Shown here piece after piece: positions 35,823-55,660 of a stretch of DNA of 64,000 bases; position 1 is the stretch's first letter, and every line of letters begins with the position of its first letter. The stretch is taken from assembly GCA_037447605.1 (NCBI GenBank), contig CM074816.1:1069873-1133872 (forward strand). The letters run 5' to 3'. The stretch comes from Zygnema circumcarinatum SAG 698-1b (taxonomy: Eukaryota > Plantae > Zygnematophyceae). The notes beneath the pieces are model-generated. The model did no database searches and had not been told where the DNA came from. It was given only the letters and a program-made list of their open reading frames with translations. The position numbers and the translations under genes were made by a program.

Positions 35823-37622
35823 GGAACGCCCCCGACCTTGGCATAGGCCTGCAAGACGCCGAGCTGAGTAGGGTTTCAGAGCCTCCCTCCCCCCTCCCTC
35901 CCTCCCAGGGGGGCTCCGCTCCTTGCAGCGCGCGCCTTGGGTCTCACCACCTGCGGGGAGGGAGAGGGGGAGGGGGAGGGGGAGGCGGAGGTTGCCAACT
36001 GGCGGGGGGGCAGGCAACCTCTCCAAGGGGCCGTTCCTCGATGCCTCACTATGGGCGAGAAGCCACCAATGAGGGATAGTCACGTGGAAAGTTTGGTACA
36101 CGTGGCAGTTTTCGATTGGGAGGAGATCCTCCAATCTTAGACCGTACGGCCATGTATGGGCCGAGGCATGGAGGCATGGCGACATGGTCCAAAATGTCCA
36201 ATGACTTCCATGAAGACGTGGGCAGAGGCATGTGAAGGGCAGGTTGTAGCTGACATTGCATGGGTTGTTGTTTGGGCCATTGGGAATGAAAGGGTTGGGA
36301 TCGTGCAGTGACATGGCGGTCGTGGCATGGCGGATGCCATCATGGCTCCATCATCTTCGATGATGACTAAGACTTGAGGAAATTCCTAGCCATACTGATA
36401 ACTTACTAAGAAATGACTAATCACACGGTACTAGAAGTTGGCTTAGTTTGAAATGACAGTTCACGCTCAATCGCATGTGTTGGTGGCCACGTTGAGACAC
36501 GTCTGCTCACATTCATCTTTATATGTTTAAGTTTGTTATTTCTTAGTTGATAACTACATTGGTTGATGATGTTGACAAAGGAATATCTTAGTTAATGACT
36601 ACCCCTTGTTCTTATTTAGCCAGTACTTCTAGTGAGGAGTGCTTTAGTTAGTCATTGATAGAATGACTAATCTTGTAAAGTTGCCACCAATCAACATGCC
36701 CACGCAATTTATCATGAAGTGACATGGGCCACATGGGCTATCATGGGTCATCATTGGTCATCAAGTCATCATGCATGGGCATGACAGGAAAGGGACAAGC
36801 TTCAAGGATCAACGCACGGACTGCGTCCATAGTTCAACGCCTCATCCGGATCCACTTCAGTCTCGACCAATCAGAGGCCAGCCTCAACTTCCGCAGCCAT
36901 CACATCAACGAACAGTTTCAAGGACAGTTCAGCTCCTAGCACAAACGTCCTCAGCCAATGGCTGCACGTTTACACATGTGCGAACGAGTCGTCACAGTTC
37001 CAGTTCGAAACCAAGCTCCCGTGTGACATATGACGGGACCGTCCCGTTGATTTCGTACAGAAAAACGCGACTCCCAACAGCGTCCAGTTCTCCTGCCCGT
37101 TAGAGCGGCACTGCCCGAACTCGAAATGTCAACCGTCAGATGCGATTCACGCGAAATATCTGCCGTCCATCGGACTTTTTTGTTTCATTTCTGCCCGTCT
37201 CCAGTCGCTGCCCGACTGGTCGCATTCCACACGTGCGGGGACAGTCCCCGCACGCGCGAGGTAAGGGCCGCTCCTGACCACTGTCCTTCCTGGCACTTGC
37301 TCTCACTCTTCCTTGTTCCCTCCCTCCGCATCTCTCGCCCCTCCCTCTCCTCCCGCTCTGTCTCTCTCCCCCTCCCTCTCCCTCTTCCTCTCCCTCTCCC
37401 TCTCCCTCCCCCCCTCCCTCCCCCTCTCTCTCGCTTCCTTTCCCTCTAGCACTCCCCCTCCCTCTCCCTCTCCGTCTCCCTCCCCTCAGGACGCGAGAAC
37501 AACGCCACGTCAGATCTAGCCCTCACAGGGATGCGCGCGCTCTCAACACCGCCGGATTGCTCTGACTGCATCGCTTCGCTGCGGCGAGGTTTGAACCCGC
37601 GACATCTCTGAGCGCGCTCCCT

Positions 37623-45149
<7,527 letters not shown>

Positions 45150-45241
45150 GTACGCCGATGACGCCGGGAGGAAAGTTGGCGAGAGAGATGTGTGTGTGTG
45201 AGAGAGGGAAAGAGGGGGAGCGACCGAGCGAGAGAGAGAGT

Positions 45242-45276
<35 letters not shown>

Positions 45277-46659
45277 TGAGAGAAAGAGGGATTTAGGGGA
45301 GTTAGGGTTTGGATCGTCCTTTTTGAAGGGTTTAGGATGTTAAGGTTGCGTTGTACAGCAGGAAGGAGTAGCATGTGGCTCGGTTCCTTCAGTCGGCTTG
45401 TGTTTAAGGGATTGTCCGAAGTCAGGGTTAGAGTGTTCTATGTATAAATGAGTCGAATTCGAATGGAACGGTGGAACGTAACCTGATGTTGGAGGGGAAT
45501 AAGAAGCGATGGGTAGGTCGGAAGGGAGACACAAGGTCCAGTTGCTTTACCAAAGATAACTTTTTTGGGGATTTTTATTGTTTCCGTTTTTTGGGGGGTT
45601 ATGCTTGAGTTGTGAAAGAATTGACAGACCCGCCGAGTCTCCTTTGTACCTCGGAGGAATAATAGAGCTTTCGTAATGGAGAGCTTTATAAGGATAGCCT
45701 TACAAAAAACTTGTGCCACGTTTTTTCTCATTCTTGTTTTTGTTTGTTCGAGTTTTGCTGTGGAAATCAGCTTTCATTCAGAGCAATATCTTGCAATTCA
45801 GGGTTTTAGGGCTTTAGAGCGAGTGTTGGTTTGTGCTCTTTCTAAATGCTACGTCACTTTACTGCGCTGCACTTTGTATGACATAAGTACAGCGTCGAGC
45901 TCCAACTTTCAGCCTGTGGAGGAATGCCACATGTCATTTCCAGCCACAATGTGAAGGACATGTGACAGGACTCATGTACGTGGCCATGGCACTCACATGG
46001 CATAGCATGGGCTTGGAATTAGAAATGAAAGCGAACGGAGGATCAGAACTTCCCCTAAAGGGAGAATGAGTGAGAGAGGGAAGAGGTGGGGAATGGGAAG
46101 TGGGAAGAGGGGGGGATGGGGGATGGGGGGGAGCGAGGTGAGGACGCGACGAGAAAGGGGAAGGGGGGTGGGGGATGGGGGAAGGGGAGGGGGAGGGAGG
46201 CAAGGAAGTGGACGGAAGGGGGGAGGAGGGACGAGGGAACGTGGGGAGGAGGAAAGGGAAGGGGAGGGGGAGGGGGAGGGGGAGGGGGAGGGGAAGGGGA
46301 AGCAAATGGAGCACTTCCGTCAGCTGAAAAAAATTGTGCCACAAAAGTGGCTCTGCTTATTATAGCTGTAGAAGGTTTAACTTCACAAGGATAAAGACGC
46401 TTAATCATAAACTATGCACAAAGTAACCTATCTCTTACCCGAATCCCAAACGTAGTCCCAAGACATCGCTGAGCAGTGTAAGGTAGAGTGCAAAATTTGC
46501 GGAGGCTTGGCCTTCTATACACTTTTCCAAACCTAACCTCTCTAAGAAAAACACTCAACCCATACACGCGCTTCTCTCCTCCCCCCCCCCCCCTTTCCTC
46601 CCCTCTTTCCTCTATCTCTCCTCCCTCCCCCATACCCACCCTCCCCTTGCGGCACTACC

Positions 46660-49600
46660 TCACATATGTGACGTCACCTTAGAGGTCTCCTCCTGCTTCC
46701 GACGCTTCTCCAGCTTGTGAAGAGTCTCCTCCACACCCCAAAAGGTGATGGTTGAGTTTATGCCCAAAAACCCAGAAACGATCAATAGTGTTCCCACTAT
46801 GTGAAGCAGGTCTGGCCACGTGCTGGTCGTTATCCCGTCCACAATAATGGCTATTGGAGTCTGAATCTGCAGTCCGGTAGTGGCGGCAGTGGGAGTGGTG
46901 AGGAGGACGGCTCGAGCCCAAAGGTAGTCGCTCAGGACGTTGTCCAACAAGCCTGCATGGAACAGGGGCAGACCGTTCCGTTTCCGTTAGGGAATGATAT
47001 GATTTTGGGTATCTTAATTGGGAGTTTCCTTTCTTTCTGCTCTGCAAAATTCGGCAGGATGAGAAGATTAACGAGAGATTCTAAGATTTGCGGCCTCTCA
47101 AAGAAATGGATCCTGCTTTCCTTTCTTTGCGCTCAACGCACAACACTGGGAAGGATCGGGCACTTTTGATTTTCACTTTTCAACAAGATATGAATCCTGA
47201 CAGCCCCCAAAAACCTCACACCCTAACAACCCTATTTAACCCTTACAACACAACAAGACACCAACAATAACAGAAACACTGAACAATCCCATCTAACACT
47301 AAAAAACCGTCCAACTCCAAAAACGACATCGAACCCCAAGAAACCATCTAACGCTGAGAATCCATTTAACTCTAAAATCTCAACGAAACCCAAACAAACC
47401 CACCTAACCCCAAAAACCCATCTAACCCTAAAGCCCTTTAAACCCTAAACCTCAGCTCTCACCTTTCCCCACCACCAGCTGCCACTCTCGCGTTGTGGGC
47501 CACCGAAAAGTCTCGAGCTTTGATAAGTGCACTGCGGCTCCCACGGGGAAGAAAAGGAGGAGGTTGAAGAGACCTATGTACCCAAAGAGGAGGGCAGTGC
47601 TGAACCCTAATCCGTCTCTCTCCTCTCTACTCTCTTCCAAGCTTTCACCTCCCTCCCAATCCACCTCATCCTCGATAATATCCTCTTCAATACTGAAAGT
47701 TGGTCTCCGCAAAGGTCCACTTAATCCGGCTAAGTCATGCTTTGTGGGAGCCATTTCTTCTTCTCCTCCCTCAGCGGGAGTAAGACCTCTGATGAGAGAA
47801 GTGTAGACTGCATAGAGAAAGGCAGAAAAGAGGCAGAGGAAGTCTCCAAAGAGTGTTCCCTGTCCATCTCCGCTTGGGTTGTTTCTGTAGTCAGCGATGG
47901 CGATCACAACGGTGCCCGTTAAACTGAACAGAACGGAGGCCAGTTTCACATATGTAAAGCGCTCCCCGAGAAAGTACATAGAGAGGAAGAATGTGAAGAG
48001 GCTCGAGGAGCTGCTCAGAATGGTGTTGGACTGGGCAGAGGAAACCCTAAAAGTTTGTTAGATGGAGGTTTGGAGGGGAAGAGGAAAGGAAGCAAGACAG
48101 AGAGGTCAAGGTTCTGCTTTAGGGTCAGGATTTAGGAAGTTTTGGTTGAGGGCTTGCAGGGTTTCTGGGTTCAAATCGATGGGGAATTTATTCACTGTTG
48201 AAGGCGACAAAAAGGGACATAAGAAGGAGGCTGCTCTGTACTTTATGTTCTCTTTTCTTTTCTCTCGTAATTATTTTTATTTTTCCTTCCTAAATGAAGG
48301 TGAATCGGAATAGGATTGTCCTTAAGTCGAAATTCGTCAAGCAAAACCTTATCGGGAACGATCTTCATTGCTTTTGGAGTGCGTTTAACATTTCAACTAT
48401 TTTGAAGGTTGGTGAGATAGAGAGAGAGGAGAGAGAGAGAGGGAGAGAAGGCCTAAACACCTCAAAACTTTCAACTTCTATACGGCTTCTAAGAAACAGA
48501 GAAAAAAAAGCAAAACATTGTGGCCTTAGGGTTTGGGTTTCAGACTTTTGAGATTGAGGAGTTTCAGAAGCGTACGGTTTACCATTCAGGGTTTAGGGCT
48601 TAGTTGGATTTAGAAGTAAAAGATTAGTATTAAGAATTTATGGCATAGGGTTTCGGATTAGGGTTTAGGGTTCAGGGCTTAGCGTTCATGGTCTACATAC
48701 AGTTCATGGCTGAAAATCCAAGTTTAGGGTTTTATGGTTTAGGGTTTAGAATTCACGATATAGGATTTAGGACGTAGGATTTAGACTTCAGGATATATTA
48801 GCATTTCAGATTCAAGGTTCAGGATTCAGGATTTCAAGATCAGGGTTTAGGATCTACCAGCATAGGATTGAGTTTTCGTATTAGGGTTTAGGATTCAAGC
48901 TTCAGGTCTTAGCGTCCAAGGTTTAAGGTTAGGCATACATGGTATGGGGTTTAGGGTTTAAACATTTTAGGGTTTAGGGTTTAAGTTTAGGATTCCGGGT
49001 TTACGGTTTAATTTGAGGCTTTAGAAGTCAGGATTTAGAATTAAAGGTCTAGGGTTAAGGGTTTAGGGTTTAAGATCTATGGTTTAGGGTGAAGGGTTTA
49101 AGGTCCAGGGTTGAGGGTTGAGGTTAAGGGTTTTGGGTTTAGGGTTTAAGGTCTAGGGTTCAGGGTTCAGGGTCTAGTATTTAGGGTTTAAGATCAAGGC
49201 TTTAGGGTTGCGGGTTGAGGGGCGCGGGCCACACGCTGACGGAGGTGTAGTTGAGGGAGAGGTTGAAGGTGAGCTGCGCCGAAAACCAGAAGGGACAGAT
49301 CGCGAGGGCCACGGCCGCCGTGCGCCGCCGCGTCCACCCGCCCACCCCCGCCCCCGCCCCCGCGCCTTCCTGGAACCTTCCTCCTCCTCCTCCTCCTTCT
49401 CCGCCCGCCCGGGCCGCCCCTCCCTTCCGCAGCAGCGTGGAGTCTTCCGACGATGACGTGGATGACGTCGTCAGCCAACCGCTGAGGGAGGGAGAGCGCG
49501 TCGCCAGCTGCTTCATGGCGCTCAGAAACGAGTCGTTCCGGGGCATGCCGCTGCGGGCCGGGCTCGGGGTCAACGAAGTCAACGTAGTCGCCGAAGTCGA

Positions 49601-49933
49601 CGAAGTCGCCAAAGTCAACGAAGTCGGCGACTGCGACCAGGACGACTCGGAAGACTCCACCCCCTGGTCCGGAAACAACGGCGCGCCCTCCTCCTTCTCC
49701 TCCTTCTCCTCCTCCTCCTCCTTCCTCGGCTGCAACGCGGCGGCGAGGAGGCGGGCGCCCTCGGCCAGCGGCAGATAGAGCACAAAGAGGCCGTTGCAGA
49801 TATACGTGAGCACGAACGGCGCGAGGCCGCCGCCCTCCACCGCCTGCACCGCGTAGCTCGCCGCGACCCAGATCACCGCCACCGCCACCACCAGGGCCGC
49901 GCCCTGAACCCACGCCCGCCGCCCGCGCTCCAT
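46660..49933 (-). CDS. EamA/DMT-superfamily transporter (SLC35F5/THI74-like); exons 49933-49235, 48030-47463, 46952-~46678
   Basis: AVIWVAASYAVQ, PFVLTYICNGLFVLYLP, FWFSAQLTFNLSLNYTSVS|SNTILSSSSSLFT, GDFLCLFSAFLYAVY, FGYIGLFNLL, GLLDNVLSDYLWARAVLLTTPT. The 3' end is uncertain. Confidence 0.88.
48525..49215 (+). repeat. Long degenerate telomere-like array filling part of transporter intron 1
   Basis: Dozens of TTTAGGG, TTAAGG, TTCAGG and TTGAGGG variants. Confidence 0.9.
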
Positions 49934-49982
49934 GCTGCCGGGGGGGGCGGAAGGGCAGGGCAGGGCAGAGCGCAGGGAGAGG

Positions 49983-50070
49983 GGTTAGGGTTTAGGGTTT
50001 AAGGTTCAGGGTGCAGGGTGCAGGGTTTAGGGTTTATGGTGCAGGGTTTAGGGTTTATGGTGCAGGGTTT
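49983..50070 (+). repeat. Telomere-like / telo-box array upstream of the transporter start codon
   Basis: GGTTAGGGTTTAGGGTTTAAGGTTCAGGG...; AAACCCTA on the minus strand. Confidence 0.85.
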
Positions 50071-50231
50071 TGAAGGCTGAGGACGCTTCAGAAGCCAGAA
50101 GGGAGGTGGTTTCTTCAGACTAGCTTGGCTGACGTGGTTCAACTTTGCTGATGGCAGCTCGCAAGTTCAGCCGGTCTATGAAATTCGGATCACTCCGTAA
50201 AAGTCCGCGAATAGCACCAGTTACGCGTTGA

Positions 50232-50334
50232 CACGTGGCAACATTGACCACGTGGCACCACCACAGGCGACAAACACGGTCGTCACGTGGCAGCGCTTCG
50301 AGCGACTAGAGCCAATGGACCTGCCGGTCACGTG
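50232..50334. promoter_or_regulatory. G-box/ABRE cluster in the bidirectional promoter between the transporter and the bilin reductase
   Basis: CACGTG at 50232, 50249, 50284 and 50329 (three as CACGTGGC); CCAAT at 50312. Confidence 0.7.
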
Positions 50335-50552
50335 TCACTGTCATATTGGTCCTAGCGAGTCAAATTCTCCGCTGTGTACCAACGTGCAATGATTACTGTT
50401 GACTGTTGACTAGATTTCGTACCGTACAGTTGTAACTGTACGGCTCGCCACAGAGGGGAAGGCCGAAGGCGCCAGCCGCGCCAGGGCTCCCTCTGGAAAC
50501 CACGAGCGGTCCATCGCTGTCCCCAGCGGAGGGAGGGAGGGCCGGAGGCGCC

Positions 50553-53500
50553 ATGGCTGCCGCCATAGTCGCCGTTCCCCCTCCTTGCGCGGGCGTCCCT
50601 GCTCGCCGTTTCGGCTACAACCCGCGGGGAGTCTGCGGGACCTGCACGGTTCGCTCACACGCCACGTGGCGGCTGGAGAGCGCGCCACGTGTGCAGGGCG
50701 AGCGGCGAAAGGGAGAGATTAGGGTTTGGAAAGGCGCCGTTTCCGCTGCTTCCGATGGAATCGGATTTGTGGAAGGAGGCGCCACGTGGCAGCATCAGAG
50801 CGGTCTCGAGGAGTGGCAGGGTTTTGGGGAAGGGTTGAGCGGAGGGGTTCAGGGCGGCGATCCAGCCGGGCGGGAGGGGGCCATGGAGGGGGCTCATAAG
50901 GAGAGCTTTGCGCGGTCGTTGATAAGGGGCCCTACAAGTGAGTGGGCCTTTGCACTGCCTTTTTTGGAAAGAGTTTTGACGGGAGGAGGCGGTTTTCTCT
51001 CCCACTCTGCCCCCATATCTCGCTTTCTCCGTCTCTCTCTCTCGCCCTCTCTGCCTTTCCGTCTCTTTATCTCTCTCCCCCTCTCTCTGCGTCTCCCTCT
51101 CCTCTCTGTCTGTCCGTCTCTCTCTCTCTCTCCGCCTGCCCCTCTCTCTCTCATTCTGCCTCCCTTTCCTCTCATACTTTTCATTCTATTCTTCATTCTT
51201 TTCTCTACAGTTTTTGGACATGACATCACTGCAGTTTTTTTCTCAAATATATTTTTGTCATTGTTTGTTTCTATTGGCATTCTCAATAATCAATTTATCA
51301 ATCATTGAATCAATATATATCAATAATTGATAATTAACTGATAATTAATTGATATCATTCAATTTCAAGTCAATTATCAATTATCATTTTAGCAATCATC
51401 AATCATCACTATCATCATTACTCTTTTTTTCAATCCTTTATTGAATCTGATTGAGACATATCTTTTGTCAACGCGCCACTTCCAAAACTCCGCCATGTGT
51501 CCCCCCCCCAGCCTGCCACCTGGCGTCATCCCCAAACCTCTCCACCGCCCCCCTCCTGTACATGCCGTACCTCCGCCAACAATGGGCGACTCTCCTCACA
51601 CGTGCCACGGGCCTCCGTGATTTGCCCCTTCCCCAGTCGCTGAGCTGGCAGACGAGTCAAAAGGGGCAGCAGGGCGCGCGAGTCGAGAACTGGCTCCTGC
51701 GCTCCGACCGCCTGAGACGAATCCGGATGACCTACTTTGACTCGGGCGGGGCCGCGCAGGCCTTCAACAGCCTCTGCTATCCCGACTACGGGTCGGGGCC
51801 CACTGCCTGCCCAGGGTTTAGGGTTTAGGGTTCAGGGTTTAGGGTTCAGGGTTCAGGGTTGAGGGTTCAGGGTGCAGGGTTGAGGGTTGAGGGTTCAGGG
51901 TTGAGGGTTGAGGGTGGAGGGTTCAGGGTTCAGGGTTCAGCGTTCAGGGTTTAGGAGTTAGGGTTCAGGGTTTTAGGGTTTGAAGGGTTTCAGGCGTGTC
52001 GGGGTCAAGAGGTTTCAGGGCCTTAGGGGTCTAGGGTTTTAGGAGTTGACGGGTTCAGGCGTCTACGGCTTACGAAGTTTCAGAGGTTTATGGGTGTAGA
52101 GCTTAAGGGGTTTTAGGGGCGTACGGATGCAGGGGTGTAGGGTGTACGGCTTGTGAGTGCTGGGAATTCGGGATTGCAGGTTTGCGGTTTTGGGTTTCTG
52201 GGTTTTCCACGAATCAGGTTCTGGGGTGTTATTTTTTTGGAGTTGATGGGATGAGGGTTTACCCTCAATTCAGGACCGGTTCCCATCGGCCTCCGCCCCT
52301 TCCTGTCTCGTTTGCAGGTGCAACCTCCCTCTGCTCGGCATCGATCTGCTTGCTTTCGGAGACAAAATTTTGTGCGTCATCGATTTTCAGCCAATTGACC
52401 AAAGCCCTGACGCTGTGGTGAGCCGTCCCTCTCTCTCTTTCTGTCTTTTCCTCTCTTTCTCTCGAACCCCCTCTCGCTCCCTCTCCACCCCCTCTCCGTC
52501 CTTCCTTTCCCACTCTCTTGTGTTCTCGTTTCCTCTGTACCCTCGTTGTCCTTTGACCTACGTCGCCTCTCTCTCAATCCCCTCCTGCTTCATCCTTTTC
52601 TCCCTTCTTCTTGCCTCCTACATCTCCGACACTCTCTCCCTCTCCCTCTCCCTCTCCCTCCCCTCCNNNNNNNNNNCCCTCATCACTCCGAGCGGTCCTG
52701 TCGGTCGGTCCTGCAGGAGCGTCACACGTGCCAGCTGGCACCCATTCGGGCGCAGTACGCCGACCTCTGCCACGTCATGACGACCCGCCACTTCGACATT
52801 TCGCAATTCTTTTCGCCGCATCACATTCTGTTTCGCTCGAGCAAAGGGCCTTCCGATCCTGTTCTGCAGGTCCGTACATCCTAATCAGCATTTCCACATT
52901 TGTGGACACTCAATTGTTTGTTTAGATATTACTCTTCACTATTGAAGTACATGTGTGTATAATTTGAAGGGATTTTTTTTTGGCATTTCCGTACACACAC
53001 TTTGCAGGCTCCTGGAGGACGGCTATTTGAGGTGTTCACACTGTACCTGGATCACTATTTGGATCTTGTCGAAAAGTTCGAATTCGATTGGCGTCCGGAG
53101 AGTGTGAACAGGGTCAAGGCCGGTCAAATTGCGTACGATCAATACACCGAAGCGAGGGATCCAGCACTGAAAATATTTACGAATTATTTTGGGGCTGAGG
53201 TACGAATTTCGCTTCTGAAATTTGGGGACTAATCGAGCCGCGGTTTGTCTCTCAGTACTGCTTTTCATGACGTCATAAAATGACGTAAAAAAAGCTTGCA
53301 GCCGAGAGCTTATGGTTTAATATTAGTAGATCTTATTTGGAGCTTTTTTTTTTTTTTCTGTCAACTTTCTTCAACTTTGCTTCATCCTCCTTTACTGGTT
53401 TTCTGTTTTTTTTTTTTTTTTTTNNNNNNNNNNCCCCTCATCACTCCGAGCGGTCCTGTCGGTCGGTCCTGCAGGAGCGTCACACGTGCCAGCTGGCACC

Positions 53501-54291
53501 CATTCGGGCGCAGTACGCCGACCTCTGCCACGTCATGACGACCCGCCACTTCGACATTTCGCAATTCTTTTCGCCGCATCACATTCTGTTTCGCTCGAGC
53601 AAAGGGCCTTCCGATCCTGTTCTGCAGGTCCGTACATCCTAATCAGCATTTCCACATTTGTGGACACTCAATTGTTTGTTTAGATATTACTCTTCACTAT
53701 TGAAGTACATGTGTGTATAATTTGAAGGGATTTTTTTTTGGCATTTCCGTACACACACTTTGCAGGCTCCTGGAGGACGGCTATTTGAGGTGTTCACACT
53801 GTACCTGGATCACTATTTGGATCTTGTCGAAAAGTTCGAATTCGATTGGCGTCCGGAGAGTGTGAACAGGGTCAAGGCCGGTCAAATTGCGTACGATCAA
53901 TACACCGAAGCGAGGGATCCAGCACTGAAAATATTTACGAATTATTTTGGGGCTGAGGTACGAATTTCGCTTCTGAAATTTGGGGACTAATCGAGCCGCG
54001 GTTTGTCTCTCAGTACTGCTTTTCATGACGTCATAAAATGACGTAAAAAAAGCTTGCAGCCGAGAGCTTATGGTTTAATATTAGTAGATCTTATTTGGAG
54101 CTTTTTTTTTTTTTTCTGTCAACTTTCTTCAACTTTGCTTCATCCTCCTTTACTGGTTTTCTGTTTTTTTTTTTTTTTTTTCGTTTCATTCTGTTACAAA
54201 TTCATCGAGTTCTGTTCCGTTCTGTGATTTGCAGTGGAGCCATTCTATGACGCACGATTTTCTTTTTTCGGGAGCGAAGCCAAAATCGTAA
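50553..54291 (+). CDS. PUBS: Plastid ferredoxin-dependent bilin reductase, PebA/PUBS (phycourobilin synthase)-like; exons 50553-50937, 51512-51791, 52318-52417, 52717-52869, 53008-53199, 54235-54291 (388 aa)
   Basis: The spliced product aligns by eye with PebA motifs: RRIRMTYFDSGGAAQAFNSLCYPDY, PLLGIDLLAFG..LCVIDFQP, FDISQFFSP..LF, YDQYTEARDPA..IFTNYFGAEWSHSMTHDFLF. Both PebA catalytic Asp positions (GID, RDP) are present; there is an N-terminal transit-like extension. PUBS versus another FDBR clade is inference. Confidence 0.85.
51815..52140 (+). repeat. Degenerate telomere-like array in bilin reductase intron 2
   Basis: GGGTTTAGGGTTTAGGGTTCAGGGTTTAGGGTTCAGGG..., degrading rightwards. Confidence 0.9.
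53434..54181 (+). repeat. Apparently identical second copy of 52677-53423 (exons 4-5 of the bilin reductase); probable assembly artefact
   Basis: 758-bp offset; both copies begin immediately after a 10-N gap; the ORF translations are identical. Confidence 0.85.
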
Positions 54292-54973
54292 AAAAAAAAA
54301 AAAAATTGACCTTTTTGAGTCACACTTCCAGCGTGAGAAACTTGCTGGGAACTATTTTTTGGGTTTTTGTACCAGCTAATTTTTTTTTTCGGCTCCGGAA
54401 TCCCGAGAGATTTCAGGAGCCCTTTAAGAAGAAACGCTGTCAACTGCTGTACAGGGAACTGCGTCTCAGCGTTGCTGCTTGGGGCTATTAGGAATTTAAC
54501 GGCCCCAAATTTATTCAGAATAAGTTGATTCAGAATAGACAATTATGACACCGCTAGTTGATTTTTCCAAGTAGTGCTTCCAATGAGTGAGTGCCATCTG
54601 GCACCACTAGCGATGCAGGACTCCAGACGCCGTTTGTACTACTTTTCGACTTTAGGATTTTGTTGTCGTTTGGCTTTAGGGCGGTCGAGTTGGCTCTCGC
54701 TTTGTACTTCAATCATATCATTAAAAAATCATTAAAAAAAGTTAAGGTGTTAAGGGGTTTAAGGTTAGGGTGTTAGTTAAGTTAAATCAGGTTTTAGTTA
54801 GCCTTGGATACATCGAGCGGTTCATGTGTGGATTTGTGGCTTTGGGCAACTTGTACCTTCAAGGGTTTGTTGGTTGCAACCAACAATGGCGATGGCAATC
54901 ACCACCACAACAAAGATCAGGGTTAGAAGTGTTTGCGCGGCCGTCACGGCCAGCATGCATGCATGGATGTACA

Positions 54974-54978
<5 letters not shown>

Positions 54979-55030
<52 letters not shown>
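54979..55030 (+). repeat. (CAA)n microsatellite, intergenic
   Basis: About 17 CAA units. Confidence 0.95.
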
Positions 55031-55032
<2 letters not shown>

Positions 55033-55170
55033 TTGTTCCGCTCCCGAACAATGTTTCTAGCGACCTTGTTGTTAAATAAGTATGCCTCTCAAACCCCAAC
55101 AAGAGACTGCCACAACCTTTCGTCCGTTCACACTGCTAAAATGATTATGCGACACACTCACAACCGTTTC

Positions 55171-55660
55171 CACGTGGCGCCTTCTCACTGGCTGCTTGAA
55201 TCTTCACAGACTGTTTGTGCTACGTGTCAGCATCCAAATCGAAATTCACCAATGAAAAGCCGCTACGTCACAGTCCCCCATTCGTCACCTCCGTTCCTCC
55301 TCGTCCCTGCCGCGCCTTCCCCGTGCAACACGTGGCGAAGATCGCGCGGCTCCTCCTCAAGATCTTCCAGTGCCGCCGTCATTTGCTACGTGGTGGGTTC
55401 TCATTGGCTGATGCAGATTCTCCGAAGGTTTCATGATTCCCCGTGGGTCCACTTCCCTCCCAAAATATCGGACTTGTTTTGGATTGCCCATAACTTGGGA
55501 GCAAATCATGGCGTCCCATTACACGTGCGAAAATAGTTGAACCTCGCTGGTTGTTTCGCCGTGCTGGCTCCCACGTGTGAAAAGGTGCTCTATCTAAATG
55601 AGTGACCTGGCGCGCTGTGATTGGCGGACAGCTCGGGCACTATCTGGACTGGCCAATCAG
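55171..55660 (+). promoter_or_regulatory. CHLH promoter with G-box and CCAAT cluster
   Basis: CACGTG at 55171, 55329, 55522 and 55572; TACGTG at 55221 and 55387; CCAAT/ATTGG at about 55404, 55620 and 55653. Confidence 0.65.

Noticed and set aside
49194-49913. Alternative-frame and antisense ORFs overlapping transporter exon 1
   Set aside because: Shadow ORFs from very high GC; only the 49933 frame carries the transporter motifs.
52717-54291. RCCR or HY2 as identity of the reductase
   Set aside because: The motifs (NS.CYPDY, LGIDLLAFG, DFQP, YDQY..ARDPA, YFG.EW...DFLF) fit the PebA branch of the fold better; a phylogeny is still needed.
54770-55060. PolyQ ORF
   Set aside because: It is a translation of an intergenic (CAA)n microsatellite with no splice or homology support.
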